Source: an uncultured Chloroflexia bacterium (GTDB lineage: Bacteria > Chloroflexota > Limnocylindria > Limnocylindrales > CSP1-4). Taken from it: a DNA stretch of 64,000 nucleotides. Numbering within the stretch: position 1 is the first letter of the stretch; each line of letters opens with the position of its first letter. The stretch is from NCBI GenBank assembly GCA_963828165.1, contig CAWHDR010000001.1, forward strand, positions 1,120,001 through 1,184,000, written 5' to 3'. Positions 19,068-33,037 of the stretch are shown piece after piece. The notes under the pieces were generated by a model that saw only the letters and a list, made by a program, of their open reading frames with translations, ran no database searches and was not told the origin of the DNA. Both the position numbers and the translations under genes were made by a program.

Positions 19068-19748
19068 GTGTTCGTACTCGTCGTCGGCGGCGGCAAGGTC
19101 GGCTATTACCTCGCCAAGGAACTGATCGATTCCGGCCACGAGGTGGCCCTCATGGAGAAGGACCCGACCCGCGCCCGGCAGATCGCCGACGAGATCGGCT
19201 CGATCGTGATCCCGCACGACGGGTGCGAGGGCAAGTACCTCGGTGAGGCCGGCTGCAATCGCGCCGACGTCGTGGCTGCCGTGACCGGCGATGACGAGGA
19301 CAATCTCGTGATCTGCCAGATGGCCAAGCATCACTTCGACGTGCCACGCACGATCGCCCGGGTGAACAACCCGAAGAACGAGGTCCTCTTCCGGCACCTC
19401 GGCGTCGACGAGCTCGTCAGCCCGACACGCATGATCCTCGGCTCGATCGAGCAGGACATCCCGGTCCACGAGCTGCTGCACCTGGCGGCGCTCGGTGAAG
19501 GCGAGCTCGAGATCATCGAGGCGCACCTCCAGGCGGGCTCCCCCGCGATCGGCCGATCGCCGGAGCAGCTCGACATGCCGGAGGGGTGCTCGCTGTTCGC
19601 GGTGGTGCGTGGTGGGGTCGCGACCCCGCTCCGTCCGGATGACGTCCTGCGCGAGGGCGACAAGGTCATCGCCATCGGCAAGCAGGAATGCGAGGCCCTG
19701 TTGCACGGGCAGCTCATCGGCGATCCGGAGGCGGTCAGCGCGGGCTGA
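19068..19748 (+). CDS. trkA: TrkA-family RCK_N+RCK_C protein
   Basis: VVGGGKVG, VTGDDEDNLV, ARVNNPKN, C-terminal VVRGG...LREGDKV. Confidence 0.9.
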   Translation: MFVLVVGGGKVGYYLAKELIDSGHEVALMEKDPTRARQIADEIGSIVIPHDGCEGKYLGEAGCNRADVVAAVTGDDEDNLVICQMAKHHFDVPRTIARVNNPKNEVLFRHLGVDELVSPTRMILGSIEQDIPVHELLHLAALGEGELEIIEAHLQAGSPAIGRSPEQLDMPEGCSLFAVVRGGVATPLRPDDVLREGDKVIAIGKQECEALLHGQLIGDPEAVSAG

Positions 19749-19856
19749 ACCTCTAGTTCGGTGTAGCACGGTCGAAGCCGGCTCCACCGCTCCCGACGCG
19801 CTCAGCGGCCCCGCGCTGGCCCCGATGCCATCTCAATCGCCCGATGTGGCAAGACT

Positions 19857-19887
19857 CTTGACAACGCCATTGTCAACGTTCTAGCAT
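19857..19887 (+). promoter_or_regulatory. hspR operon promoter with HAIR-like inverted repeat
   Basis: TTGACA (19858), 18 nt, TAGCAT (19882). The inverted repeat TTGACA-N7-TGTCAA overlaps the -35 box. Confidence 0.8.
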
Positions 19888-19893
19888 CCGTGC

Positions 19894-20286
19894 ATGGCAT
19901 CTCCGCGTCAGGACCGCGATCCCACGAGGCCCGTCTACGTGATCAGCGTGGCGGCCACCCTGGTGAGCGCGCACCCTCGAACCCTGCGTATCTACGAGGA
20001 CGAGGGCCTGCTCTGCCCGGCCCGGACGCCGACCAACATCCGCCTCTATTCCGAGAATGACATCCGGCGGATCCTGTGGATCCGCCACCTGACCCGCGAG
20101 CGGGGCGTCAACCTCGCCGGGATCCGGATCCTGTTCGAGCTGGAGGAGCGCCTCGGTGCTCGCGTCCTGGAGGCGCTCTACGCCGAAGGGACGGGCGATG
20201 CCGAGAGCATCCGTCCCGCGACAGCAGCCCCGGAACCCTCCAAGGACTCATCCACGTCACGCGATCCATCCATGGCAGACCGTTGA
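19894..20286 (+). CDS. hspR: MerR-family heat-shock repressor
   Basis: PVYVISVAA...HPRTLRIYE..GLL.P.R...RLYS...GVNLAGI; precedes lon, dnaJ and clpB. Confidence 0.85.
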   Translation: MASPRQDRDPTRPVYVISVAATLVSAHPRTLRIYEDEGLLCPARTPTNIRLYSENDIRRILWIRHLTRERGVNLAGIRILFELEERLGARVLEALYAEGTGDAESIRPATAAPEPSKDSSTSRDPSMADR

Positions 20287-20363
20287 GCGATCGACCCACC
20301 ACCAAGCCTTCAGCGGGAACCCCTCCCGCCGACACCGAACCCGAACGTCAGGAGAACCTCGAC

Positions 20364-22877
<2,514 letters not shown>

Positions 22878-23076
22878 AATGAGGATCGCCGCCGGGTGCC
22901 CTTTGCGTGCGTTGCAGCCTGCGCTGCTCGCTCACGCAGGAGTCGCCGGGCCGATGGCTAGGGCAGCGTGGTCTCGGACCTCCGGGGGTAGTGCGCTCGC
23001 TCCGCTGCTCGGCGGCGCCTTCGCCTGGGACGTCCGGACGGCGGCTACGCCGTCCGGCTGATTCGGAAGTCGGCCG

Positions 23077-24153
23077 ATGGACTACAAGGACTATTACGCC
23101 GTTCTCGGCGTGCCGAGGACTGCGTCGCAGAAAGAGATCAAGAAGGCCTTCCGTAAGCTCGCGCGCGAGCACCACCCGGACACGAAGGGCGGCGACGCCG
23201 CGGCCGAGGTGCGGTTCAAGGAGGTCAACGAGGCGAACGCCGTCCTGTCCGACCCGGACAAGCGGGCGCTCTACGACCGCCTGGGGGCCGATTGGCAGTC
23301 GTATGCGCGGGCGGGTGCGGGCGCGCCCGCCGGAACGGGGGCTCGGGCCGGCGGCGCCGCAGCCGGCGACCCCTTCGGCGGGTACGCCGGGTTCGGTGGC
23401 GCACCCGGTGGCAGCGTCCGCTACGAGTTCCATACGACCGGAGACGCCGGCGAGTTCAGCGACTTCTTCAACGCGTTCTTCGCGGGCGAGTCCGAGCCAT
23501 TGAGCACACCCGGCCGCGGCCGGCGGGCGACGGGTGGCGCCACGTTCGAGGACATCCTCGCCGGGATGGGCCTCGGTGCCGATGGCGGTGCCGCGACGAG
23601 CCGTCCACGTCCCACGACCACCACGGCCGCACGACCGCGACCCGCGTCGGCGGAGGCCACGGCCGACATCACGCTCGAGGAGGCGTATCACGGGACGAGC
23701 CGGCTCGTCGAGGTCGAGGGCAAGCGCCTCGAAGTCACGATCCCGCGCGGCGCCGATACCGGCAGCCGCATCCGATTGACCGGCAAGGCGCCCGGCGGCG
23801 GCGACCTGTACGTCGTGGTCCGCCAGCGTCCCGACCGGGTGTTCACGCGTCGCGGTGCGGACCTGGAGCGCGAGCTGTCCCTGACCCTCGGGGAGGCGCT
23901 CCTCGGCGCGGACGTCAAGGTCCGTACGCCCAAGGGACGCGTCGTGCTCACGATCCCGGCCGGAACCCAGGGGGGTCGCGTGTTCCGGCTGACCGGCCAG
24001 GGCATGCCGAGGTTTCGCGCGGACGGCTACGGGGACCTGTACGTGAAAGCCCGCGTCATCCTCCCGACCGACCTCTCCGACGCCGCTCGCGAGGCGGCCG
24101 CCCAGTTCTTCGAACTCGTCGACCAACCCGATCCCCGCACCAGTGAGTCCTGA
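23077..24153 (+). CDS. dnaJ: DnaJ class II (CbpA-like) co-chaperone
   Basis: DYYAVLGV...HHPD J domain, G/F region, DnaJ_C; no Zn finger. Confidence 0.9.
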   Translation: MDYKDYYAVLGVPRTASQKEIKKAFRKLAREHHPDTKGGDAAAEVRFKEVNEANAVLSDPDKRALYDRLGADWQSYARAGAGAPAGTGARAGGAAAGDPFGGYAGFGGAPGGSVRYEFHTTGDAGEFSDFFNAFFAGESEPLSTPGRGRRATGGATFEDILAGMGLGADGGAATSRPRPTTTTAARPRPASAEATADITLEEAYHGTSRLVEVEGKRLEVTIPRGADTGSRIRLTGKAPGGGDLYVVVRQRPDRVFTRRGADLERELSLTLGEALLGADVKVRTPKGRVVLTIPAGTQGGRVFRLTGQGMPRFRADGYGDLYVKARVILPTDLSDAAREAAAQFFELVDQPDPRTSES

Positions 24154-24154
24154 C

Positions 24155-26903
24155 ATGCAACTCGATCGCTTCACCCAGAAGGCCCAGGAAACCATCCTCG
24201 CCGCCCAGGCGACCGCCGAGCGGCTGCACAGCCCGGTCCTCGACGCGGAGCATCTCCTCAGCGCGCTCGTCGACCCCGACGACGGCATCCCGGCCGAGAC
24301 GCTTCGCCGGCTCGGCGTCGATCTGCCGGCGTTCCGCGGCGAGGTCGCGGCGGCGCTCGCGCGGCGCGCACGTATCGAGGGCGGCTCGCTCAGCCTGGAC
24401 CCGCGCGCCAAGGGCGTCGTCGAGCGGGCGGAGGCGGAAGCCCGTCGCCTGTCCGACGACTACGTCTCGACGGAGCATCTGCTGCTCGGCGTCGCCGAGG
24501 CCGGCGGCGATGCCCAGGCCATCCTCGAGCGGCACAGCGCCGGCAAGGAAGCGCTCCTGCAGGCCCTGCAGAGTGTCCGGGGCGGGCAACGTGTCACCTC
24601 CCAGAACCCCGAGGGCACGTACGCAGCGCTCGAGAAGTACGGCCGCGACCTGACCGCCGAAGCGCGGGCCGGCAAGCTGGACCCCGTCATCGGGCGCGAC
24701 GACGAGATCCGCCGCGTCATCCAGGTCCTCAGCCGGCGGACCAAGAACAACCCCGTCCTCATCGGGGATCCCGGCGTCGGCAAGACGGCCATCGCCGAGG
24801 GCCTCGCCCAGCGCATCGTGCGCGGCGACGTCCCAGAGGGGCTCAAGGACAAGCGCGTCGTCGGGCTGGACCTTGGCGCCCTCATCGCCGGGGCGAAGTT
24901 CCGAGGCGAATTCGAGGAGCGGCTCAAGGCCGTGCTCAAGGAGATCAAGGACTCGGACGGGCAGGTCGTGCTGTTCATCGACGAGCTCCACACGGTCGTC
25001 GGTGCCGGCGCCGCCGAGGGCGCCATGGACGCATCCAACCTGCTCAAGCCGATGCTCGCACGGGGCGAGCTGCACACGATCGGTGCGACCACCCTCGACG
25101 AATACCGCAAGTACATCGAGAAGGACGCCGCGCTCGAGCGCCGTTTCCAGCCGGTCCTCGTGGATCAGCCCACGGTCGAGGAGACCATCAGCATCCTGCG
25201 CGGGCTGCGCGAACGCTACGAGGTCCATCACGGGGTCCGCATCACCGATTCCGCGCTCGTGGCCGCGGCGACCCTGTCCGATCGCTACATCACCGAGCGC
25301 TTCCTGCCCGACAAGGCGATCGACCTCGTCGACGAGGCGGCCTCGCGGCTGCGCATGGAGATCGACTCGATGCCGATCGAGCTCGACGAGCTCGAGCGCC
25401 GGCGCATCCAGCTCGAGATCGAGCGAGAGGCCCTGCGCAAGGAGACGGACGACGCGTCGAAGGCCCGCCTCGAGGCGCTCGAGAAGGAGCTGGCGGACCT
25501 GGAAGAGCAGGCCGGCGGCATGAAGCAGCGCTGGGAGGCCGAAAAGGCCGCGATCGCCGCCATCCGCACGACAAAGTCGGAGCTCGAGCAGCTCCAGGTT
25601 CGCATCGAGCAGGCGGAGCGGGAGGCTGACTTCGCGACGGCCGCCGAGCTCAAGTACGCCACCCAGAAGGAGCTCAACGACCGGCTCACCGAGGAGGAAG
25701 CGACGCTCGCCGCGCTGCAGGGCCCGGGGACGCTGCTCAAGGAAGAGGTCGGAGCGGACGACATCGCCCAGATCGTCGGGGCATGGACGGGCATCCCGGT
25801 CAGCCGCCTGCTGGAGGGCGAGACCGCCAAGCTCATCGAGATGGAGGACCGCCTGCACCAGCGGGTGGTCGGTCAGGACGAGGCCATCCAGGCGGTTTCG
25901 GACGCCGTCCGCCGAGCCCGAGCCGGGCTCAAGGACCCGCGCCGGCCGATCGGCTCGTTCCTGTTCCTCGGCCCGACCGGTGTCGGCAAGACCGAGCTCG
26001 CCCGCGCACTTGCCGAGTTCCTGTTCGATGACGAGAACGCGATGGTCCGCATCGACATGAGCGAATACATGGAGAAGTTCGCGGTCAGCCGCCTGCTCGG
26101 GGCACCCCCGGGCTACGTCGGCTACGAAGAAGGCGGCCAGCTGACCGAGGCGGTCCGCCGCCGGCCGTACCAGGTGATCCTGCTCGACGAGATCGAGAAG
26201 GCCCATCCGGACGTGTTCAACGTGCTTTTGCAGGTCCTCGACGACGGCCGCCTGACCGACGGTCAGGGCCGCACGGTGAACTTCAAGAACACGGTCGTGA
26301 TCATGACCAGCAACGTCGGCTCCGCGGCCATCGCCGCCACGAACGCCAGGGCTGGTGACGCTGCCTACGAGCAGATGAAGCGAGATGTCACCGAAGCCCT
26401 GCGATCGCACTTCCGGCCGGAATTCCTCAACCGCGTGGACGAGGTCATCGTGTTCCACGCCCTCACCGACGAGGACCTCAGCGCGATCGTGGACCTGCTG
26501 CTCGCGGACCTGGGCCGACGGCTGGCCCAGCAGGACATCGAGCTGGAGCTGACCGCGGCCGCTCGTGCGCTGATCGTGCGCGAGGGCACCGATCCCGCGT
26601 TCGGGGCGCGCCCGCTCAAGCGGACGATCCAGCGACTCGTCGAGAACCAGCTGGCCCGCGCCCTCGTCGGCGGCGAGTTCCGGCCGGGCGACCGGGTGAC
26701 GGCGGACGCGGACCTCACGTCGGGCACGCTCGTCTTCTCGACCGAGGGCGCGACCGTGGTCGGCGAGGCCGGCCGCCGTGACGCCCGGCGCCGCGAGGAC
26801 GACGACCTGGCCGCCGTCGGAGGGCGTGCAGGGCCGCCCGAATTCGCGCCTGGATCTCCCGCCGACGCGCCCCAAGCGCGACGACGGCGAGCTGGTCAAC
26901 TGA
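24155..26903 (+). CDS. clpB: ClpB disaggregase (probable indel ~26831 extends the annotated ORF to 27136)
   Basis: Two AAA modules ([16 protein letters not shown]) plus a coiled-coil M domain. A shifted frame ends ...[20 protein letters not shown] at 26903, just before the next gene. Confidence 0.93.
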
Positions 26904-26932
26904 CCCAAGCCGGCCAGCGGCGATCGGTCGGC

Positions 26933-27616
26933 ATGCGCTTCGACGTCGCCGCGGACGCGCCTGTCGCTCCTGCCCGATCCCCTGCCGGTCCCGGCCGATG
27001 TGATGATGCCCGTCGTCGTCGGCGGGTCGGACCTCAAGGCCGCCCGCGATGCCGCGTTCCGGCCGGCCCGGGCGACCCGCGGCGGTCCTCGTCCTGCTCT
27101 ACCCGGACGCCGAGGGTGAGGCCCGCGTGGTCCTGATCGAACGGACGACCGGTGACGGGCATCACTCGGGCGAGGTCAGCTTTCCCGGTGGCAAGTCGGA
27201 GCCCGAGGACGCTGATCCCGCCGCGACCGCCCTGCGCGAGGCGAACGAGGAGGTGGCCCTCGACGCCGACGCAGCCGGCGTTCGCGTCGTGGGCCTGCTG
27301 GATCGGATGTGGATCCCCGTGAGCGACTTCGACGTGACGCCCGTGGTCGCACTCGCGGAGCGCCCACCACGCTCTGGCGCCGTCCCCGTTCGAGGTGGCC
27401 AGGATCCTGGAGCCACACGTCGCCCGCTTCCTTCCCGACGCGCCGGTGACCATGGTCGAACGGACGATCCGGGAATGGCCTCTGCGTTACGGCACGTACG
27501 ATCTGGACGGCCTGTCGGTGTGGGGCGCCACGGCACGCATCCTGAGCCAGCTCGGGGCGGTCCTCGCGCCCGTGGCCGCGGGACCGAGCAAAGACGGGGA
27601 TCGACCGACGGCCTGA
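26933..27616 (+). CDS. Nudix CoA pyrophosphatase (frameshifted)
   Basis: [18 protein letters not shown]...[11 protein letters not shown] Nudix box; the C-terminal VWGATARIL is in another frame. Confidence 0.85.
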
Positions 27617-27646
27617 GAGGGCCCCGCATCCGATCGCCGGTACGGC

Positions 27647-27672
27647 GGAACCACACGCCGACACATGGCGTC
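27647..27672 (+). promoter_or_regulatory. Possible ECF-sigma promoter
   Basis: GGAAC-N17-CGTC upstream of the VWA lipoprotein gene. Confidence 0.4.
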
Positions 27673-27788
27673 CAGACGGCGGCCCGACGGCACACTCGTG
27701 GTGACCGCTCCGGGACCTGCGGGACCGCCATGCGGCCCGCCCAAGCGGGCCGGTTCCCTCTGCTGGGGCCCGGCTGGGAGGTCGCGTC

Positions 27789-29314
27789 ATGCGCACGCCA
27801 CTCCTGTTCCTGGCCGGGCTCTCCATCGTGGTCGCCGCTTGCGGCGGAACCAGTTCCGCGAGCCGGGGGGTCAGCCAGGCGTCCAGAGGATCCCGGGCAT
27901 CACCAGCCGACCCTTGCGCCGTGGCCGGCGCCCGAAACGACGCCCTACGGCGGTGTCACGTACGACGATCCGGGTGTCAACCCGTACGTCGATCCCGACG
28001 AGGACCAGGTCTCGACCTTCGGCCTCGATGTCGACACCGCGAGCTACACGATCGCGCAACGCTACGTCGATGACGGCAATCGGCCCGATCCGGCCAGCGT
28101 CCGTGTCGAGGAATGGGTCAACGCCTTCGACCAGGGCTACGGCAGCCCGGACGACGACGCGTTCGCGATCGTGGCCGACGGCGGCCCCACTCCGTTCACC
28201 GAGGCCGATGAGGTGCTGCTGCGGATCGGCCTCCAGGCACGCGACGTGCGGGACCGGGCGCGCGAGGACGCCGCCCTCACCTTCGTCATCGACACGTCGG
28301 GCTCGATGGAACGCGAGGGCAGGCTCGAGCTCGTCAAGGATGCCCTGCGCCTGCTCGTCGAGGGGCTCGGCCGCAACGACAGCGTTGCCATCGTCACGTT
28401 CGGCGATGAAGCCCGCGTCCTGCTCGGCCCGACCCGGGCCACGGAGGGCAACGAGATCCTCGGCGTCATCGAGCAGCTTCGGCCGGGCGGCTCCACGAAC
28501 CTGGAGGCGGGTCTGCGGCTCGGGTACGACCTTGCCCGCGAGTCGCTGACGGAGAACGGCATCGACCGGGTCGTGCTGGCGTCGGATGGCGTCGCCAACG
28601 TCGGGTTGACCGATCCTGGATCGATCCTCGATGCGATCCGTCGTGATGCGGAGGCCGGCATCGAGCTCGTCTCCGTCGGCGTCGGGATGGGCAACTACAA
28701 CGACACCCTGCTCGAGCAGCTGGCGAACCAGGGCGATGGCTTCTATGCCTACGTGAACGTCCTGGAGGAGGCCCGCCGGTTGTTCACCGAGGACCTGACC
28801 GGGCACGCTGCAGACGGTCGCGCTCGATGCGCGAGCGCAGGTCGAATTCGATCGCGACGTGGTCGCGGCGTACCGCCTCGTCGGATACGAGAACCGTGAC
28901 ATCCGTGACGACGATTTCACGGATGAGGAGGTGGAAGCGGGTGCGATCGGTGCCGGGCACGCCGTGACCGCGCTGTATGCGCTCCGGTTGCGCGAGGATG
29001 TCGGCCCCCAGGATCTCCTGGGGACCGTGCGGCTGCGCTGGTCCGATCCGGAGACCGATGCCGTCGACGAGCTCGTGCGCGAGGTTCGGACGAGCGATCT
29101 CGCCCGTTCGTTCGAGTCGAGCGCCCCGCACTTCCGGTTTGATGCGATCGTCGCGGCGACCGCCGAGGTCCTTCGCGACAGCCCCTGGACAGAACGCCTG
29201 GATCTCGTCGCGGTCGCCGATGTGGCCGCGCGCGAGGCGCTGGGACTTCCCGAGACCGACGAGGTCCACGGGTTCCTCGACCTGCTGGACCGACTCGCCT
29301 CGATGGACGGCTGA
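27789..29314 (+). CDS. YfbK-like VWA-domain lipoprotein (two frameshifts)
   Basis: Lipobox VAAC; STFGLDVDTASY, VRVEEWVNAF, DTSGSM MIDAS; C-terminal YRLVGYENR (DUF3520-like). Confidence 0.85.
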
Positions 29315-29360
29315 ACCTCGACACGGCCGGGCGGGGCGTCGTGGAGGAGCGGCGCCCCGC

Positions 29361-29831
29361 TCAGGCCGGCTCTCCAGCCTCCGGATCGGGGCGCGGCGGG
29401 CGACTGGGATCCGGTCGGAGCGCGCCCTCGGCCGGGCTGACGGGGCCCGCCGCGAGCTCGCGGGCACGACCCTCGACGATCCCCTTCATGGCGGCGTCAT
29501 CGGCGTCCGCGAATTCGATCACGAACGCGCGCATCTCCGAATGTTCCGTCCACGCGGCGTGCGGGATGTCAGCGGGCCACAGGACGGCCTCGCCGGCCGC
29601 GACCCTGGTCCGCTCGTCCCCGACGCCGACCCAGCCCCCGCCCTCGATGACGATCAGCCACGTCGTGTTCGGCACGGCATGCGGTTCCATCTGGGCGCCG
29701 CGCGCGAAGGCGAGCTCCGAGATCACGCCTCGTTCGTCGCTGTGGATGGGCTGACCGGTCACCCCGGACGTGCCGGCGGGACCATCCGGACGTCGATGGC
29801 CAACGCCGAAGCGGCGGATCTCGATCGGCAT
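29361..29831 (-). CDS. Cupin-domain protein
   Basis: MEPHAVP...VIEGGGWV...GEAVLWPADIPHAAW. Confidence 0.85.
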   Translation of the reverse strand: MPIEIRRFGVGHRRPDGPAGTSGVTGQPIHSDERGVISELAFARGAQMEPHAVPNTTWLIVIEGGGWVGVGDERTRVAAGEAVLWPADIPHAAWTEHSEMRAFVIEFADADDAAMKGIVEGRARELAAGPVSPAEGALRPDPSRPPRPDPEAGEPA

Positions 29832-29866
29832 CGCGTCCCTGAACGCCGGCGCTCGATGCGCGCCGG

Positions 29867-30307
29867 TCAGCGCCGACGTCGACGCGGCGGCCGGCGACCG
29901 CCGCGTCGACGGATCGTGGCTTCCGGGTCCGCGAACTTCTGCTTCGTGTAGTAGCGCTGCCGGGCGAGCCGCTGCTCATGGGCGCGCAGCAGCGGCGGGA
30001 AGCGGACGAACCGGATCCAGACGAGCGTGCCAAGCCCGATGACCGCGGTCGCGAGCACCAGGATGAAGTCGAAGATGAAGAGCGACTCGATCATCAACAA
30101 GGCGAAGGTGATCAGCCCGGTCCACCACAGCCACTCCCACATGTCCACGAACGGGGCGTGCTTGTGGAGCGCCCGGGTGCGAACGTTGTAGAGGACGATG
30201 AGCACGATCAGCAGGATCCCGGAAGCGATCCACGTGGGGTGGAACAGGTCCGGGAACAGCTCGCTGGTGAACGACGTGAACAGGTACTCCCAGGGCGGCA
30301 GCGTCAC
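29867..30307 (-). CDS. Small 3-TM hypothetical membrane protein
   Basis: GTG start TLPPWEYLF...; three hydrophobic segments and an Arg-rich C-terminus. Confidence 0.7.
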   Translation of the reverse strand: MTLPPWEYLFTSFTSELFPDLFHPTWIASGILLIVLIVLYNVRTRALHKHAPFVDMWEWLWWTGLITFALLMIESLFIFDFILVLATAVIGLGTLVWIRFVRFPPLLRAHEQRLARQRYYTKQKFADPEATIRRRGGRRPPRRRRR

Positions 30308-30497
30308 ATGGGACCTCGCGAGGGGTGGTGATCGGTCCGGCGAGGGACGGCACACGTGGCCGATGCCGCTCGACGGTCCCGGGAGTATGCCATGTCGGAC
30401 GCTATACTTCGGCCGCGACGCGCCCGTGGTCCGCCCGCCCGCCCAGGACGGCGTGGAAGCAGCCGCTGCGTCGCTGTCGGATCCGCGTGGATGGAGG

Positions 30498-32054
30498 ATG
30501 CCCCGGTTGCGAGCCCTGCTGTCAGTCGCGAACCGGGAGGGGATCGCCGCGCTCGCGCGGGACCTGCAGGGCCTCGACGTGGAGATCGTGGCCACCGACG
30601 GCACGCGCGAATTCCTGGCCGGTGAGGGCGTGGAGGTCGGCAGCGTGTCCGACCTCACGCAGGTGCCACCGCTCGTCGGTGGACAGGTCAAGACCTTCCA
30701 CCCGGCCGTGTACGCAGGCATCCTCGCGCGGCGCGACGTGCCCGAGCAGCTGGCCGAGCTCGAGGCACAGGGCATCGGCCCGATCGACATCGTGGTCGTC
30801 AACGTCAAACCGTTCGCGCCGGAGGTCGGCGCGAAGCTCGTCGGACTCGACGAGGCCATCGAGATGATCGATGTCGGCGGTGCGGCGCTCCTCGGCGCAG
30901 CCGCACGCAACGCGGCCGGGGTGACGGCCGTCGCCGATCCGGCCCACTACCCGACGGTCGTCGAGGAGTTGCGGGCGCTCGGGCACACGAGCCCGGAGCT
31001 GCGGGCACGCCTGGCGGCCGAGGCGTTCAGCACGGTCGCGGCCTATCACGCCGAGATCGCCGCCTACCTCAACCAGATCTCCGGCAACGTCTTCCCGAGC
31101 CGGCTCGCGATGGTGCTCGAGAAGGTGGACGAGCTGCGCTACGGCGAGAACCCGCACCAGCGAGCGGCGTTCTACCGCGAGACGACGCACCGCAGCGGCA
31201 CCCTCGCCGATGCCGGCCAGCTCCAGGGCGGCCGCCCGTCGTTCAACAACCTGCTCGACCTCGATGCCGCGTATCGCATCGCCCGGGACTACACCGCCCC
31301 GACGGTCACGATCGTCAAGCACACGGACCCGGTCGGGCTGGCGTCGCACGAAGAGCTCGTCGAGGCCTACCGGCACGCGCTCGAGACCGATCCCGTCGCG
31401 TCCTTCGGCGGCATCGTCGGGGTGAACCGCGAGATGGATGGAGCGACCGCCCGCGAGATCGCGGCCAACTCGTACGAGGCGGTCGTCGCGCCGTCGTACA
31501 GCGCGGCTGCCCTCAAGATCCTGCAGGCCAAGGCCGGGCTGGAGATCCTCGCCGTGCCACCCGATCCCACGGAAGGCATGCGCGACTACGGCATCGCGAA
31601 CCTGGACTTCAAACGCGTCGCGGGCGGCCTGCTGGTCGAGGACCTCGACGACCTGGCGCTCGATCGCGGCAACCTGCAAGTCGTCACCCGCCGCCGACCG
31701 ACGCTCGAGGAGCTCACCGACCTGCTGTTCGCGTGGCGCGCGGTGCGCCACGTGCGATCGAACGCGATCATCCTGGCCCGCAACGGCGCGACCGTGGGGA
31801 TCGGCGCCGGCCAGGCGTCGCGGGGGGTGTCGGTCGAGATCGCGCTCCGGCGGGCCGGCGACCGGTCCAAGCTGGCCGTCATGGCCGCGGACGCGTACTT
31901 CCCGTTCCCGGACGGCATCCAGCTGGCGGCCTCGGCCGGCGTGACGGCGATCATCCAGCCCGGCGGCTCCATCCGCGACGAGATGGCGATCGAGGTCGCC
32001 GACCGCCATCATCTCGCGATGGTCTTCACCGGCCGGAGGCATTTTCGACACTGA
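30498..32054 (+). CDS. purH: Bifunctional AICAR transformylase/IMP cyclohydrolase (divergent)
   Basis: [42 protein letters not shown]. Confidence 0.9.
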   Translation: MPRLRALLSVANREGIAALARDLQGLDVEIVATDGTREFLAGEGVEVGSVSDLTQVPPLVGGQVKTFHPAVYAGILARRDVPEQLAELEAQGIGPIDIVVVNVKPFAPEVGAKLVGLDEAIEMIDVGGAALLGAAARNAAGVTAVADPAHYPTVVEELRALGHTSPELRARLAAEAFSTVAAYHAEIAAYLNQISGNVFPSRLAMVLEKVDELRYGENPHQRAAFYRETTHRSGTLADAGQLQGGRPSFNNLLDLDAAYRIARDYTAPTVTIVKHTDPVGLASHEELVEAYRHALETDPVASFGGIVGVNREMDGATAREIAANSYEAVVAPSYSAAALKILQAKAGLEILAVPPDPTEGMRDYGIANLDFKRVAGGLLVEDLDDLALDRGNLQVVTRRRPTLEELTDLLFAWRAVRHVRSNAIILARNGATVGIGAGQASRGVSVEIALRRAGDRSKLAVMAADAYFPFPDGIQLAASAGVTAIIQPGGSIRDEMAIEVADRHHLAMVFTGRRHFRH

Positions 32055-33037
32055 TGGAACAGCTGCTCGCGCTCGAGATGATCCGGGTCACGGAGGCGGC
32101 CGCCATCGAGTCCGCGCGCTTCATGGGTCGCGGCGAGCGCGACGGCGCCGACGCGGCGGCCACCGAGGCGATGCGCAAGACGATGGACGAGATCGACTTC
32201 GCCGGACGGATCGTGATCGGCGAGGGCGAGCGTGACGAGGCCCCGATGCTGTACATCGGGGAGCGGGTCGGGCGCACCGGCGCGGACCGCGATGACGTGC
32301 CGCGCGTCGACATCGCGGTCGATCCGCTCGAGGGCACGAACCTCGTGGCGCACGGGCAGGCCGGTGCCATCACGGTCCTCGCCGCCTCGGAGGCGGGCGG
32401 CCTGACGCATGCCCCGGACACGTACATGGAGAAGCTGTGCGTCGGACCGGTCGTCGCCGGCAAGGTCGACATCCGCCACACGCCCACGGAGAACCTTCGT
32501 GCGATCGCCGACGCCCTCGGGCGAAAGGTCGGGGACATCACGATCGTCATCCTGGAGCGACCGCGCCACGATGCGCTCATCAAGGAGGTCCGCGAGGCCG
32601 GCGCCCGGATCAAGCTCATCGGCGATGGTGACCTGTCGGCCGCCATCTCGTGCGCCGTGTCGGGGACCGGCGTCCACGCGGTCATGGGCATCGGGGGCGC
32701 GCCAGAGGGCGTCATCACCGCGGCGGCCCTGCGCTGCCTGGGCGGCGAGATCCAGGCCCGCTTCAGGTACCGCAGCGACGACGAGCGCGAACGAGGTGCG
32801 CGGATGGGCCACGGCGACGAGGACCGCGTGTACTCGACCGAAGACCTCGCCCCGGGGGAGAACCTCGTGTTCGCCGCGACCGGTGTCACCGCCGGCGACC
32901 TCCTGTCGGGTGTCCGCTTCTTCGGCGGCGGCGCGCGGACGCACTCACTGGTGATGGCCTACCAGACCAAGCAGGTGCGCTTCGTCGACACGGTCCACAT
33001 GTTCGATCGCGACAGCCCGCCGCGGGTCCGGCTCTGA
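32054..33037 (+). CDS. glpX: Class II fructose-1,6-bisphosphatase
   Basis: [36 protein letters not shown]. Confidence 0.96.
   Translation: MEQLLALEMIRVTEAAAIESARFMGRGERDGADAAATEAMRKTMDEIDFAGRIVIGEGERDEAPMLYIGERVGRTGADRDDVPRVDIAVDPLEGTNLVAHGQAGAITVLAASEAGGLTHAPDTYMEKLCVGPVVAGKVDIRHTPTENLRAIADALGRKVGDITIVILERPRHDALIKEVREAGARIKLIGDGDLSAAISCAVSGTGVHAVMGIGGAPEGVITAAALRCLGGEIQARFRYRSDDERERGARMGHGDEDRVYSTEDLAPGENLVFAATGVTAGDLLSGVRFFGGGARTHSLVMAYQTKQVRFVDTVHMFDRDSPPRVRL

Noticed and set aside
26830-27136. Novel C-terminal extension of ClpB
   Set aside because: It overlaps the Nudix gene, and a one-base shift gives a natural stop at 26903.
27049-28899. Apparent Nudix-VWA fusion ORF (616 aa)
   Set aside because: Both genes have their own start or stop in other frames; the fusion arises from indels.
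30400-30497. ZTP (pfl) riboswitch upstream of purH
   Set aside because: The conserved GACTGGCG and CGCCTGGGC elements are not present; only a TATACT -10 box is seen.
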